Origin: Eledone cirrhosa
Lineage: Eukaryota
Assembly (NCBI GenBank): GCA_964016885.1
Contig: OZ024753.1
Coordinates: forward strand, 25,358,001 to 25,422,000
Direction of reading: 5' to 3'
DNA: 64,000 nucleotides
Below, piece after piece: positions 49,074-62,772 of the stretch (its first letter is position 1; each line of letters opens with the position of its first letter). Position numbers and translations under genes: made by a program. Under the pieces are notes generated by a model that was not told where the DNA came from, searched no databases, and saw only the letters and a list, made by a program, of their open reading frames with translations.

Positions 49074-50107
49074 ATGTTCCATGTTTATACATTTGCACAA
49101 TTTCAAACCGATTCGACTCAAAGTCTGTATGAATGTTGTAAATGGTCTAACTTAGGTCAACGACTATTTATTTATTTCCAACTCACCCACAATTACGGAA
49201 ATAATCAATAAAACTAAATACATGATGCTTTACCCCTCTAATACAATCTGATTACCTCTCTCTACTCCCTTTAAATTCGATAAAACTACATACATGCTGC
49301 AACTTTCTGTTATATACGCTTAAACCTCCTTCTTACAAACTTCCTTTAGGAACTCGGGAGAAAGAAGAGAGAAAGAAATGAAGGAGAGAGAGAAGAGAGT
49401 GAGTGAGAGAGAGAGAGAAAACGTTTGTTTTTGAGTGTGGAACGGTCAAACATTTATTTACTTCAATGACAACGAAGAGAACTTATTACATTTCATACCA
49501 AACAACAATTATTCAAAAGCAACAAATAAATTTATTCAACAACAAAAAAAATAGCGATAAATCTTTTTTAAAACCTCTCAACGAACGTGGAAGAAAGAAG
49601 TATCAGTTTATTTACTATACACAATAATATCCTCTATGAGGTCACTAAACCTGCTAGAAACAGCAGCTAACTCTCCCCCATATCACACCCCACCCTACTG
49701 TCTTAAATTTAGAAAACACATATCCTCTATGAAGCCACTAAACCTGCTAGAAACAGCAGCTAACTCTCCCCATATCACACCCCTCCCTACTGTCTTAAAT
49801 TTAGAAAACAGACATTAGACAACCATGCAGAACAACTCCATCGCAGCTCTGTTGTTCGGCTGGCATCGTCTACGCGCGTGTTGCGCAAGTAGTGTGAAAC
49901 AATAAATTTCAACATTTCTTTGCACAGAGATAATATCCATAGGCGAAACTACAATTGCCACTGCTGGCGCAGCTCCTGCTTCGGCAGGCTAGGTCTGTAA
50001 TTCATTCACCCAGTGCCTGGCAGACAAAAAAGTGGTGCCATAAAATGGGTGGTGCAACCTAACTTTGGTAACTTACTGACACCGAACAACACCGGGCTTT
50101 AATGCTA

Positions 50108-50108
<1 letters not shown>
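48989..50108 (+). mobile_element. Non-autonomous Helitron (~1.1 kb)
   Basis: A|TCTATAAAAGG+(TG)n 5' end and a degenerate hairpin CCGAACAACACCGG followed by CTAG|T (50105-08). It carries a ~93-bp tandem duplication at 49627-49810. Confidence 0.75.
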
Positions 50109-50160
<52 letters not shown>

Positions 50161-50525
50161 GAGAGAGAGTAAATAGAATCAAAGTCAGTGTTGCAGCATA
50201 TGTAATTATACACCTAACATATATATATATACACACACACACATACACACACTCATATATATATATATATCATCCAACCCATGCAAGCATGTAAAACTAT
50301 GATGATGACATTTTATATATGAATGTGTGTGTAATGTTGTGAGATTCTGTAGGCTAGATAAAGGGAAAAGAGAATTCTATGTTAAGTACGGAGCTAAAGT
50401 ATATTATTATAAATTCTCAACACCGTTGCATGCTACCTAAGGTTTCAAAGCCTAGCATAGGTCTGAAGACAGTTTATCTGCTAATGTTTATCTTTCAGGT
50501 AATACCAAGATGGCTAACATTATTT

Positions 50526-50720
50526 GCAGTGGATTGGCAGTATCGGTAGAAGGTCAGACGCCATGCATTGCAGCAAAGAGTTACGGCCCTTTACTGTCTG
50601 AGTTCCAATCCCGCCAAAGTTCACTTTGCCTTTCATCCTTACGGGGTCGATAAAATAAAGTACCAGTAATACACTAGGATAGTAATTTCTGGCCTTGTGC
50701 CAAAAGTAGAAGCAATTATT
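50526..50720 (+). mobile_element. tRNA-derived SINE family A (full length)
   Basis: A box TGGCAGTATCGG, B box GAGTTCCAATCC, conserved body and ATT tail. Confidence 0.85.
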
Positions 50721-50864
50721 GCATATATGAGATCTCAAGTGCAAGGGAGGTAATAATAATGTAATAAATTTGGTGTTTTTCTTATTGAGGGAGTAACTTC
50801 TGTGTCTGTAAGTTATTTATTAATGTAATTGTAATTGTTAGTGTCCGTATTGTGTGTATTTCTG

Positions 50865-53800
50865 TCATCATCATCATCATCATCATCATCGTTTAACGTC
50901 TATCTTCCACGCTAGCATGGGTTAGACAGGAGTTGTCCCACTTGAGGCAAGGTTGGTCGGGTGACTGTGTCTCGCTCATATAGGACTATCTGGCAGGTTT
51001 TCTATGTCTGGATGCCCTTCCTAACACCAACCACATTTACAGTGTGGAACTGGGAACTTTTTACCGTGTTACCTACACGGCCACATTACAGCGTGGACTG
51101 CGTGTTTTTTGTCGTGACACCTACACGATCTCGATCTCATTATCTCATTTATTTAGACTAGATCTTGTGATACCAACTTTACAGAGGGAAGGTGGTGTTG
51201 GTGTGAGTGGGAGGATAGGGTAGGGGTAGTGTATTGGGGTGTATATTTGATTAAGAGGTGCCTACTGACTGCCGGTTTCGCTTTGTACATAGGCAAGGCG
51301 GGTCCTCTGTATTCCTGCGTAGCGCCAAAGATCTCGGTCCAATGACATTGTCTTAGAGAGGTGTAAGTGTGCAAGGTTGGAATTTATCAGATCGTCCCAG
51401 GTTTTTCTGGGTCTACCTACTCCGTAACTACCATTAATTTTGATCGCCCTGCACTTTTTTATGCAGCTGTCGTCTTTCATGCGCATCACGTGACCATACC
51501 AACGTAGTATTCTCTCAAGTAAACAGCATCTGATCCCTCTTATTCCTAATTTCTCACTTAGTTCATTTATGCTTTGCCGTTCACACATATTACTATTGCA
51601 CATCCAACGGAGCATGCATGCTTCGTTCCTTTCCAGTCTGCGCAGGTCCTCTGCACGTAATACCCATGTCTCACTGCCATGTAGCATTGCTGTTCATATA
51701 CAGGCATCATACAGTCTGCCTGTCATTTTTAGAGAGAAACCTTTTGTGAGCAACAGCAGTAATAGCTCTCTGAACTTTTTCCATTCCGTTCTGACTCTGG
51801 CTATTGTACTTACAGAACACCCTCCACCACTGCTGATTTCGTCACCCAGGTAACGGAAAGTGTCCACTATTTCTATAGAACCATCTGGGCAATAGAAGGA
51901 GCTAGTATCCTGTGGACATTTGCTACTTATTGCACCTGAGCATCGGCCACATATAAAGTCTACGTTCTTAGATAGTTTACCTGTGATCCCACATTTTTTA
52001 TGTACCCATACTTTGCATTTGGGACATAAAATGGAATTTCTGCCTATTCCTTTCCTACACACTGAACATGGCCATTTCCCTGAGGGCACCTGTGCCCTAT
52101 TTTGCTTTCTACAAACTAGAACTTTAGTCTTAGACAAGTTAACTTTAAGGCCTTTTGATTCTAGGCCATGCTTCCATGTTTGGAATTTCTTCCCTAGTTC
52201 AGCCATTGATTCAGCTATGAGCGTTAGATCATCTGCGTATAGGAGTTCCTATGGGCATCCGGTCTTGAACTCCTCTGTTATAGCCTGAAGGGCAATAATA
52301 AATAGGAGGGGGCTAAGGACAGAGACTTGGTGAACACCAACTTTTACACTAAATTCTTCACAATATTCATTGTTAATTCTCACCTTACTGACTGTTTCTT
52401 AATACATAGCTTGTATAGCTCTCACAAGCCATTCATCTACACCTAGTTTTCTAAGAGCCCACTGTCAAAGGCTTTCTCCAGGTCTACAAAAGCTAAGTAG
52501 AGGGGTTTACTTTTAGCTAGGTACTACTCCTGTAGTTGTCGTACAAAGAAAAGAGCATCTGTGGTACTTTTACCTGACACAAACCCAAGCTGCATTTCAT
52601 CTAGATCAATTCGCTCTCTGATTAGTTGCGCTATAACTCTTTCTGTCACCTTCATGGCCTGGTCAACTAACTTAATGCCTCTATAGTTTCCCCTATCTAG
52701 AGCATCCCCTTTACCCTTGTAGCAGTTAATGATGATGCTGCTATGCTAGTCTTTTGGTATGACCCCATTCTGTATTACTTGGTTTACTATACAGGTGACC
52801 ATACTATGTCCCACCATTCCAGATGCCTTCAACCTCTCAGCAACTATCTCCAAAGGCCTTGCCTGTCTTCATATCTTTGATTGCCTTACTTATTATACTA
52901 CCTTTAACTTGCACCGCTGGTCCTTCTATTGGTTCAATTTGGGGCAGACTATCTTTTTCCCATTTATTCTCTTCATTTTATAATCTCTCATAATGATACT
53001 TCCAGGCTATCTTCTTATCAGTATCAGTGAGGGCAAGTACACCATCATCATTACGGACACACTTCTCCCCGACAATATCACGGTTTTCCTTGACACATTG
53101 TCTAGCAATCCTGAACACCTCACGTTTTTGGTCCTCACGTTGTAGAACATGCTTGAACTTTCTATCCTCTGCTTCCCTTTTTGCAAGGTACATTTGTCTC
53201 CTAGCTTCTCTCCTGGCCACTTGATAGTGCTCTCTACTTCCCCCATCCTGCCATACTTTCCAAGCCTGCTTTTTTGCCTTGATTGTCTCCTCCACCTTAC
53301 TGTTCCACCACCAAGTTACTCTCCTCCTGCCAATAGGTCTGCTCCAGCCACAGATTTCATCTGTTGCTTTCAGCAGGTTAACTTTCAAGAATTCCCACTG
53401 TTCCTCTATATCACATGTCTCTAATTGCTCTTCCTTATTGTCAAAATCATCAAGTAATAAGCTTTTAAATTTGTCACTGGCTATGGGGTCCTTCAACTTC
53501 CATATTCTTCTCCTCAAGGTAGGCCTCCTCTGTCGTCGGGTACATCTATTCCTGACTATGAGGTCACTAACTACTAGGCTATGTTGGGAGGTGCATTCTT
53601 CATGGGGGAGGGATTTAATGTTTACAACAGACACTTTGTTCTGTCTTCTAGTAAGGATATAATCTATCTGGCTGGCGTGTTCCCCTGATCTATAAGTGAT
53701 GAAGTGGTTTTCTTGTTTTTTGAAGTTTGTGTCACAGGATTCCAGGATTCTGAAACCCTCCTCATTTCTATTTCCAACCCCATAGCCTCCATGGATTCCA

Positions 53801-54600
53801 TCATAGTCATCACTATGTTGTCCAACATGACCGTTTAGATCGCCAGCAATAATTAAGTAGTCGCTGTTGATTATTTGGGAGGTAGTGTGCATTAGCATCT
53901 CATAGAACCTGTCCTTTATAACGTCAGGTAGACCAGATTGGGGTGCATAAGCAGATATTATTGACACAGTAGTTCTATTTAGAACTAGTCTTATTTTAAT
54001 TATTCTGTCATTTACTCTATTTACGTCAATTACCTTATCTACCCATTTTTCAGCTAACATAATTCCTACACCACCCCGTCCGTTGTCATTTTCCACCCAG
54101 AAAAGTTTATAGCATCGTTTTTTACCCACAATGAATCTGGCAGACCCACCTCTCCACCTAGTCTCTTGAATACAACAAACATCAACTTCTTTACGTTCAA
54201 GCATCTCTACAACCTCATTTGAGTGACCTTTCAATGTGCCTACGTTCATGGTACCAACTCTGAAGTTGAGAGGGTGGGAGGATGGATGGGTTGGAGGGAC
54301 AGGAAGGGGTGTGGGAGACGGAATTATGTTAGTCATTTGTGTTTGAAATAAAGAGGGTTCCTTGTATTCTCGTCCTGCAGCGGGAAGTGAATGTATCTTT
54401 ATCTGTGACATTGTCATTGAGTGCTTAGACTTTCCAAATTCTGCAGTCCACCCATCAAACAGGTCTAAACTTAAGGAGTAGTAACCGAGGTGGTAGCTTT
54501 GCTATACTGATTTGTTAGAGAACTTACTATAAGCTGCTGAGTTATGATTGGACCATATAGCAATGGTGGTGTGTGGGGTTAAATGGGTAACTTTAAGAGA
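50865..54600 (-). mobile_element. Near full-length RTE LINE (APE endonuclease plus RT), frameshifted
   Basis: ORF 52978..54417 has APE motifs (GTMNVGTL, CIQETRW, AYAPQ, GDLNGHVG, SQIDYIL, SQH). RT motifs YLAFVDLEKAFD, VGVHQ..LSPLLF and LLYADD (~52228-52245). A PHD-like Cys cluster follows, then FRYLGD, MLHGSETW and a (GAT)n tail at 50865-50890. Confidence 0.95.
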
Positions 54601-54820
54601 AGGTTAGTTTTTAGGAAGGGTCCAACAGAATGAGACATATTATTAAAAACATGTAAAATATTAATTGAAAATCCGTGAGAAAAACGGAGAATTTGAATTC
54701 TAGACTGGCATAAATAGAAGTTTAAAACTCTGCTTATTTAATCAACTACGGGTAAAAGGAAAGACAAGTATTTTGCTTACATTCTAAAAATCAACAGATC
54801 GTCCATGTATAATAATTATA

Positions 54821-55404
54821 TGCAGTGGTACCCGGCATTGCACGGGATAAGATATTTTGGAACGCGGGCTGCAAATCGTGGAAAAACTGCATGCGTGGAC
54901 AATATGTAAAGAAAATAAACCGAATACTCTGATGGCTGGATAATCTTTAAGATTTTCCTCGATGAAGCAGGAAAAATGCAGGTTTTCACCTAATGAGGGC
55001 CGTAGGGGATCAAGAAAATGAATTTTTTTTATGTGCATAATATGCCTTGAAATTTCGGGAAAATCGGCTAGACGTAACGCCTCAAAAAAGCCCTAAAAAG
55101 CTGAAAAAATGAAGTTTTTCACCTAATGCGGGCCCTAGACCATAAAAAAGTTGGATTTTCTTTGCTTATGGTATGAAGAAGAGACTGACTAACACATACT
55201 TACAATTTCAAGGAAATAAGTCTGACGTAACAACTCAAAAAACCCCTAAAAACCTGAAAAAGCGCAGTTTTTCAACTAATGCGGGCCCTAGGGGATCAAA
55301 AAGTTGAATTTTTTATGTGCATAACACTCCCTGAAACATAAGTAATAAACATGTAAAGTTTGAAAAAAATTGGTTGGGTACTTCGAGTTTTAGGGATTCA
55401 AACT

Positions 55405-55436
<32 letters not shown>

Positions 55437-55736
55437 TCCTGAGGGAAGTGACGTAATGCACACAGTCAGACATACAGACAGATATTATAAGGGCGCGACA
55501 TTATATGTATGTATCTATCTAAAAAGAGAAAGACTAAGAATTATAGAGAGATTGCTAAATCGCCTAATGCGGTCCCTAGGGCATTGAAAATTTGAAATAT
55601 TTTTGCTCAGAACACTCCCTGAAACATAAGTATTATATGTATAAAATTTGAAAACAGTCGGTTGGGTGGTTCTTGAGTTTTAGGGATTCAAACTCACACA
55701 CACAGAGACAGCCATCCTCAGTTTTATATATATAGA
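54821..55736 (-). mobile_element. Non-autonomous Helitron with internal tandem subrepeats
   Basis: 5' end A|TCTATATATATAAAACTGAGG at 55736. 3' hairpin TCCCGTGCAATGCCGGGT (~54829-54848) with a degenerate CTAG. TTTTCACCTAATGCGGGCCCTAG blocks repeat internally. Confidence 0.7.
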
Positions 55737-55829
55737 TTGTAGTGAATGCATGTTTTTATTAAGGTGTTGGGTATTCTTAAATATGTATATGCTGTGTATT
55801 TGTGTGTGTAACGACCACAGGGGACAAGC

Positions 55830-56213
55830 ACTACCAAATTCTGGGAGGGCTCTGTAGAAATAGTAGACAGCTTCTGTTACTTAGGTGACCAAATTAGCAG
55901 CGGATGTGGGTGTTCTGAAAGTACAGTAGCCAGAGTAAGAATGGGATGGAAGAAGTTCAGGGAGCTACTACCACTGCTGGCTACAAAAGGCTTTTCCCTC
56001 AGAATAAAAGGCAGTCTGTATGATGCATGCATACAAACAGCAATGTTCCATGGTAGTGAGACCTGGGCACTGTGTGCAGAAGACTTGTGTAGGTTGGAAA
56101 TAAATGAAGTTTGCATGCTCCAATGGATGTGTAATAGTAAACTACGTGAACAGCAAAGCATAAATGAACTGAAAGAGAAACTAGGGATAAGAGGAATCAA
56201 ATGCTGTGTGTAG
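55830..56213 (+). mobile_element. RTE LINE fragment
   Basis: GWKKFRELLPLLATKGFSL...FHGSETW. Confidence 0.85.
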
Positions 56214-57072
56214 AAGACCTGCAGTTATCCATGTATACCAGTCTTCCCTCTCCATGCCACCAATGTTGTCCAAGGGAAAGGCAATGGCCAATACAGCTTG
56301 GCACCAGTGACATCGCAACTCATTTCTACAACTGAGTGAACTAGAGCAACATGAAATAAAGTGTCTTGCTCAAGAACACTTGGTCTAAGAATCAAACTCA
56401 CCTCACGATTGTAAGGCCAACACTTTAGCCACTAAGCTATGCACGTTCACAATATTTACAGCATAAATTAATGTACTGTTTGGTTTTTGTTCACATCTGC
56501 ACAGTAACTTTTGTTAATTTCCAGTTTATTCTTGCATCCACATTGGTTTGGTTAACCCTTTTGTTATCAAAAGACAAGAATACTAGTTAAAAGCATATTT
56601 TCTTATAAAAATATAAGAATGATTAATATTTTGTGTGTATTCAACTTTAGAATTCCAGAATAACCTCTCAGTGTAATGTCATCTAATGAGATCAAAACAA
56701 TGAACCAACTTGAACTAAACAAATATACTACATTGTGGCAAGAAAATAAAGTTTGATATTATTAAACCTTTTGTTATATTTCTAATGAAATAACTGCCTA
56801 TGATTTTCGAATAGTTTTGAAAATAATGCAAAATTTTGAAAGATTCAGTTGAATATTTAACTTATTGAATTGATGTTTGGAACATAACTTAATGAAGGTT
56901 CTTATATAAAATTCTGTTAGGCATTTGTGTAGATGAATTTAAACACTTTAATGCTTTCATGATTACATTTCTAATGAAATACACTCTGTTTCAATTAATT
57001 AATGAAGAATTTTGAAGGATTTACTAAAATTATTAATTATTTCATTAATAAGACTAGCAGAAACACCACCCT

Positions 57073-57937
57073 TTGGTGTTGATAAGTAGAAGAGAGGACA
57101 ATACTCTGATTCCATCAGGGAAATGGCTATGTTCGAAAGGAACTGGCATAAATTCCATAAAATGTACGCAATGCAGATCTTTGGTACACAAGAGATGTAG
57201 TGGGATAGCAGGCAAACTAACAGGTAGGGAAAACTACGTATGCAGTAGATGTACAAGGAAAGTTGACAGTAGTAATCGCATTGATAGACACATTTTTCCA
57301 ATGCAGGTGGGTTCTATAGAAGTGGTTGATAGCTTCCGGTACCTAGGTGATCAGATTAACATGGGAGGGGGTTGTTCCGAGGCCATAGTATCTAGATTAA
57401 AGATGGGTTGGAAGAAGTTTGAGAGCTGCTTCCTCTGTTGACAAAGAAGGGTTTCTCCCTGCGTACGAAAGGACGGTTATATGATGCCTGTGTGAGATGC
57501 GCGATGCTGCATGGTAGTGAGACATGGGCAGCAACTGCAGAAGATATGCGATGGCTGGAGAGAAATGAAGCAAGTATGCTCCGTTGGATGTGCAATGTCA
57601 ATGTGCGTGAACGACCAAGCATGGATGAGTTGAGAGAGAAACTGGGTATAAGAGGAATAAGTTGTAGTGTGCAGGAGAGACGGTTGAGATGGTATGGATA
57701 TATGATGTGCATGGAGGATGACCGATGGGTGAAGATGTTCCAGGAAGTCCCAGTGGAAGGAAGACGCAGTAGAGGTAGACCACGAAAAATATGGGCAGAG
57801 GTAGTGAGAGCTGACCTCAGATCGCTGAAACTCACCGTGGAGATGACAAAGGACCGTGACAAGTGGAGAGATGCTGTCCAACCCTTGCAAGAAGAGAAAA
57901 GTGGACGTAAAATGATAATGATGATGATGATGATGAA
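57073..57937 (+). mobile_element. RTE LINE 3' fragment
   Basis: ORFs 57073..57441 and 57438..57998 contain the Cys cluster, FRYLGD, MLHGSETW and RGRPRKIW. An (ATG)n tail is present. Confidence 0.9.
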
Positions 57938-60559
57938 CACACAGAAGCAGAACAGATACTGCAAAACAACCTTTCTGACTATGAGTACAGTTATATAAAT
58001 AACATAACAAATGGATTCAAAAAGGCACTCAATACATGTGTGAAAGTGACATCTAAACGAGTATCCTCCACTACCAACTAACTGGGTCCTGCCCCACACG
58101 GTGGATAATTCATTACCCCAGAAGACACAGAGGGAGACATGCTGGAACAGCTACTATACCTGCAGGTGACCAACTCCGCTCCTTTCTGACACTAACAATT
58201 CTACCAATTCACCTCTTGGACTTCTGCTCTAGTCTTGGATGCAGTTCTTGATATCATTGGTTTTGTTTTCAACGTACATTTACAAAATGTTCTAACATCT
58301 TACAATTAAAATATCATTTATCATCATCGGGGTTTTTCTTTGTGGCCATGTAAGTTTTATGAAACAAAGCTATAGCAAATTGCTTTTTCATTGGTTTCTC
58401 TATCATCACCATCACCATTTTACGTCCTTGCCAAAAACGATCAGTATTAATTCTGCAAATATGAGGGAAATTTACAATATTTTGATATTTGTGAAGGGAA
58501 CTCACACCCCTTAATAGGAAGGGACAAGAAGTTGTTTTCTGGAGGGGTTTGTTGATCTGAGGAAATGAATTGGCAAAGACAAACTAGGTGCGATTTGAAC
58601 TCACTACCTAGAAAGAACAAATTAAACACAATAATATATTTATTATGTGCAAGTATATAAGATGGTTGTGTTGGTGACATGACAAAATAAGTACCCAGTC
58701 CTTCCTAATAGGAAGTTGTGCTAGTAACATGATGAAAAAGTACCCAGTCCACCCAGATGGGTGGTATTTTTTTGGTGCCACAATAAAAAGGACCTAGTCC
58801 ACACAGTAATGTGTTTGGTGTTAGGAAGGGCATCCAGCCGCAGAAACCAAACCAAATACAGATCTGTATGAGCATGACATGGTCACCTGACCTGACTTGT
58901 CTCAGAACATCTAACTCACACAGACATAGAAAATGGACGTTAAATGATGATGATGAGAGCTGTGGTAGTCATCAACACTACTCTTATAAAATTTCGAAAT
59001 ATTAACAATTGGGATATATTTGTAAATTGTATAATTGCAATAAAAAATTCTCGCCTCCTTCAATAATTGTATTCATTTATAGCTGATTTCTTATGCACAT
59101 CATAAAATTGTAGAGAATCTCTTTATCTATTTTTAGTTATTACCTTCCTTCATTAATATGACTTCCACATAACTGTCTCTCTACTTCACTAAACAGTAGC
59201 TGATTTATGTGATTATCTGTTCCATTACACAAAGTTGGAATTCATAATAAATATTTGATATTTCATTGCTAGATTGAAGTAACATTTATTCCTAGCCAGT
59301 AATTTCAATAGGAAATTTATATTTAATGTTGATTAATATAAATGTTGAAATGCAGAAAAGTATATTAAATTGTTTAGATAGATCGGAGAGGGTAACGTGT
59401 CAGTCTTTAATACCTCTCTAATTTCTAGCAATTCAATATTCAACCATAAACTTATTTCACACTTCACAGGTTGTGAACTGAAGCCCTTTTATTCAACTTT
59501 GTGTATCAAGTTTAGAATACATGGTATGCATGCATGGACCCATAACGCTTGAAGGAGTTGTAGAGGCACTGTATTAATACAGTGTTTCTAGGGTATTTTT
59601 AAAATCTGGCAGAGTCCATCTCCTCTCCAGGTATGAATACAGCAGATTTCTTTCAGAGGAGGATAGAAAGTGAGAGAATGGGTGTGAGAAAGAGAGGATA
59701 TAAAGGAAGAATCGACCTCGGTATTTGACTGGTACTTTTTTTTATCGACCTTGAATAGATGAAAGACAAAGTTGACCTCAAAGAGCAGAGAGCTGAAATG
59801 AATACCACAAAGCATTCTAACAACACAGCCAAATTGCGTCTCCAGTTTGGAATAGGTACAACCATATCCCTGCATGTTGTAAGAGATGACTAAAAGGTTT
59901 GGCACCAAGAATGGCAACCAACTATCTATAAATGATGAACGTGAAATTTTTCATGGGGCCTGACAAGACAACCCTTGTTTTAGCAGGGAAAAATAGTCTT
60001 AAAATACTTGTTTCTTATATTATATAGTCATGTGCTTGACTTCTGCTATCTCATGTTCTACTGTTAGTAATTAACATAATATTTTGGATGTTTACTGTTT
60101 AGTCAGTGTTGTGAGAAGTGAAGGGACCTGCCTTTGTATTTCCACTCATATCTGGACCAAAGCTACCTGCATGATGCTCACCTGCTTTGTGTCTGGCCAG
60201 AGAACATAGCAAACTCACAGACTCACTCCGTAGGTTCTCATTCGCTTACAGCTCAATGACAAAGAGGCAGATACCGCCCATGCTTCCTCCAATGTTACAT
60301 CACAGAGTTTCTGAGATTATTGAGAGGGTGGAATATATCCCCACACTAGGGAGGGCTAATAACATTGTTAGAACACCATCTAGTCCAAAAGTAATAATTC
60401 CAAAGAAATCAGGTGATGAGAGTTTGTAGCAGGCTTTCACTGTATTGGATTCCATTAAACATTCAAAAAGCTAGAGTTGTATGTATGTATGTGTGTGTGA
60501 GTGCATGCATGAATGTGTGTGTGTGTTGAACAATGAAAACAAAAGGTGAAGTTTAATGA

Positions 60560-60748
60560 TTAATCAATTCATTGTTTTACGATAGTTTCAGAAAGTTGAT
60601 TGATCATGATAAATCAATACAGTGACTAATTGAGAGTAGTTATGTAACTCCATATTATGAGCCTCGACACTATAGATCTATTTCACAGTATTGATTTATC
60701 ATGATCAATCAACCTTCTGAAACGATCGTAAAACAACGAACTGATTAA
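60560..60748. repeat. Long inverted repeat (~66-bp arms)
   Basis: TTAATCAATTCATTGTTTTACGATAGTTTCAGAAAGTTGATTGATCATGATAAATCAATAC is mirrored at ~60684-60748. Confidence 0.92.
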
Positions 60749-62094
60749 GCGCTGGTCCACTACTATAGAAATAAATATACAAATACACACAGCATGATAT
60801 TATGGTTGACTGTTAATTACTTTTTGTTTTTTAAGTCACCCTCCTTCCACCCCCACCCTTATTGGTCACTAATGACTATAGTTTTACACCTAGAAAGTTG
60901 AGGCACAAGCCTGGGCAAGGTTGGAAGACCAATGCCACCAATGTTGTCCAAGGGAAAGGCAATGGCCGATACAGCTTGTCATCAGTGACGTCACAACTCA
61001 TTTCTACAGCTGAGTGACTGGAGCAACATGAAATAACATGTTAATTAGTAACAGTGTAATAATTAGACAAGATCATAAAAGTCTAATGTTCCTGCATACT
61101 GTGCTGGCCTCTACTAGATCAACCTAGCATTTATCAGAGAATTGATAAAACAACTTAATTAGTTGACAACTTCCAAAGTGTGAAATATGTCTATCGTTAG
61201 ATATATTGACTCCTTGAAATTAGGGATTACAACGATTTCCATACTTCTGAAGTTACGATAATGAACTGTCACCAATAAAAAGTACACACCACCACCATGT
61301 TAAAGGATAACTAATGCAGAGGCGTTTGATAAATTTATAATCTAATATGAAAGATATCTCATAAATTTACAATCTAATATGAAAGATATTATTCTATGTA
61401 CTATACATGCACCTTTAATGAGTTGTAGTGCACCTGAGCACTGTACACAATAATTTCATTATTATTATTATATCTCAGATTTATGAAACCAGATAAGAAA
61501 GATAAAATAAATTTGTTTCAATTAAAACTAGGAGATACAGTAGGTAGTTACAAACAACAACAAGCTCACAGTTGTAAAGATGAAGCACAGTGTCAGTATT
61601 AATTCCACTACTAATGAAGGCATGTAGTTTAGTGGTAAGGTTGTGAGTTCAATTCCCAGACTGGGCAACAAAACACTTTATTTCACATTGTTCCAGTCAA
61701 CTCAGCTGGCATGAGTTGTACCTGTAATTCAAAGAGTTAGCTTTGTCAGTCATTGTGTAATGCTGAATCTCCCTGAGAACTACTTTGAGGGTGCACATGT
61801 CTGTATAATGCTCAGCCACTTTACACAGGCGTTTCTGCTGACTGACTGAACTGGAGCGCTTGTCATTGGAAATACCAGAGATCCAACAATGCTATTTGTA
61901 AGTTATGATGGGGAACTGGTCCTAAGTATAAAGAGGTATTTAACATGGGAGTTTCTTAAAAGACACTCCAAGGCTTCCACACCTCTGTTGCCATTGGAAG
62001 ACGGCCATTTCCAACCTCCACTTTGTTGTTGGTATTGACCAGTTAGGAGGCAGAACTCTAGGAGCTCACCACCAGATTGGATCATACAATATGG

Positions 62095-62710
62095 AGATCA
62101 GTTCAGAACAGAGCAAGATTCCTGTTAATAGTCATAACCAGAATACATCAACCATTATTATACTGAAGGAAGGTTTGATGAAGTGGACACCTTCAAGTAC
62201 CTAGGATCGATTCTGACCAGAAACGGCAGAGCTTATAAGGAGGTAATGACAAGACTTGGCCTGGCCTCTTCTGCTCGACAATTATGTAAACAATGTAGAC
62301 AAACAACTCCATCAGTTTTCTGGTAATTATACAAGTCCCTGGTGACTTCGATCCTAGTATGGGTGTGAGAATTGGAGTCTTACAGTTGATATGGAATAAA
62401 GAATCCAGGTATTCGAGCACAACTGCTTCAGAAGACTGCTACATATCCTGCACATGGGACACAAAACAGCTTTGTCAAGCAGCAAGTAAACAAATACATT
62501 GGTAGAAAGTAAATACTTCTTGCAATGGTGAAAGGATGGAAAATCGCTTGGTATGGCCATGTATCCTGTCATGACTCCCTGTCTAATACAATCCTTCAGG
62601 GCACAGTTGAGAGAGGGTGAGGAAGAAGCAAATAGAGATCAGGGACCAGTGGCGACAGCTGACTACGAAAGCATCCAGTGTGTCACCCCAATGACTGGCT
62701 GTACCAGGAA
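62095..62710 (+). mobile_element. Degenerate RTE LINE 3' fragment
   Basis: Translates to EVDTFKYLGS, LYKSLVTSILV, WYGHV and TILQGTVE across frames. Confidence 0.75.
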
Positions 62711-62739
62711 CTTAATCTATTGATTTGATAGATATACAT

Positions 62740-62772
<33 letters not shown>

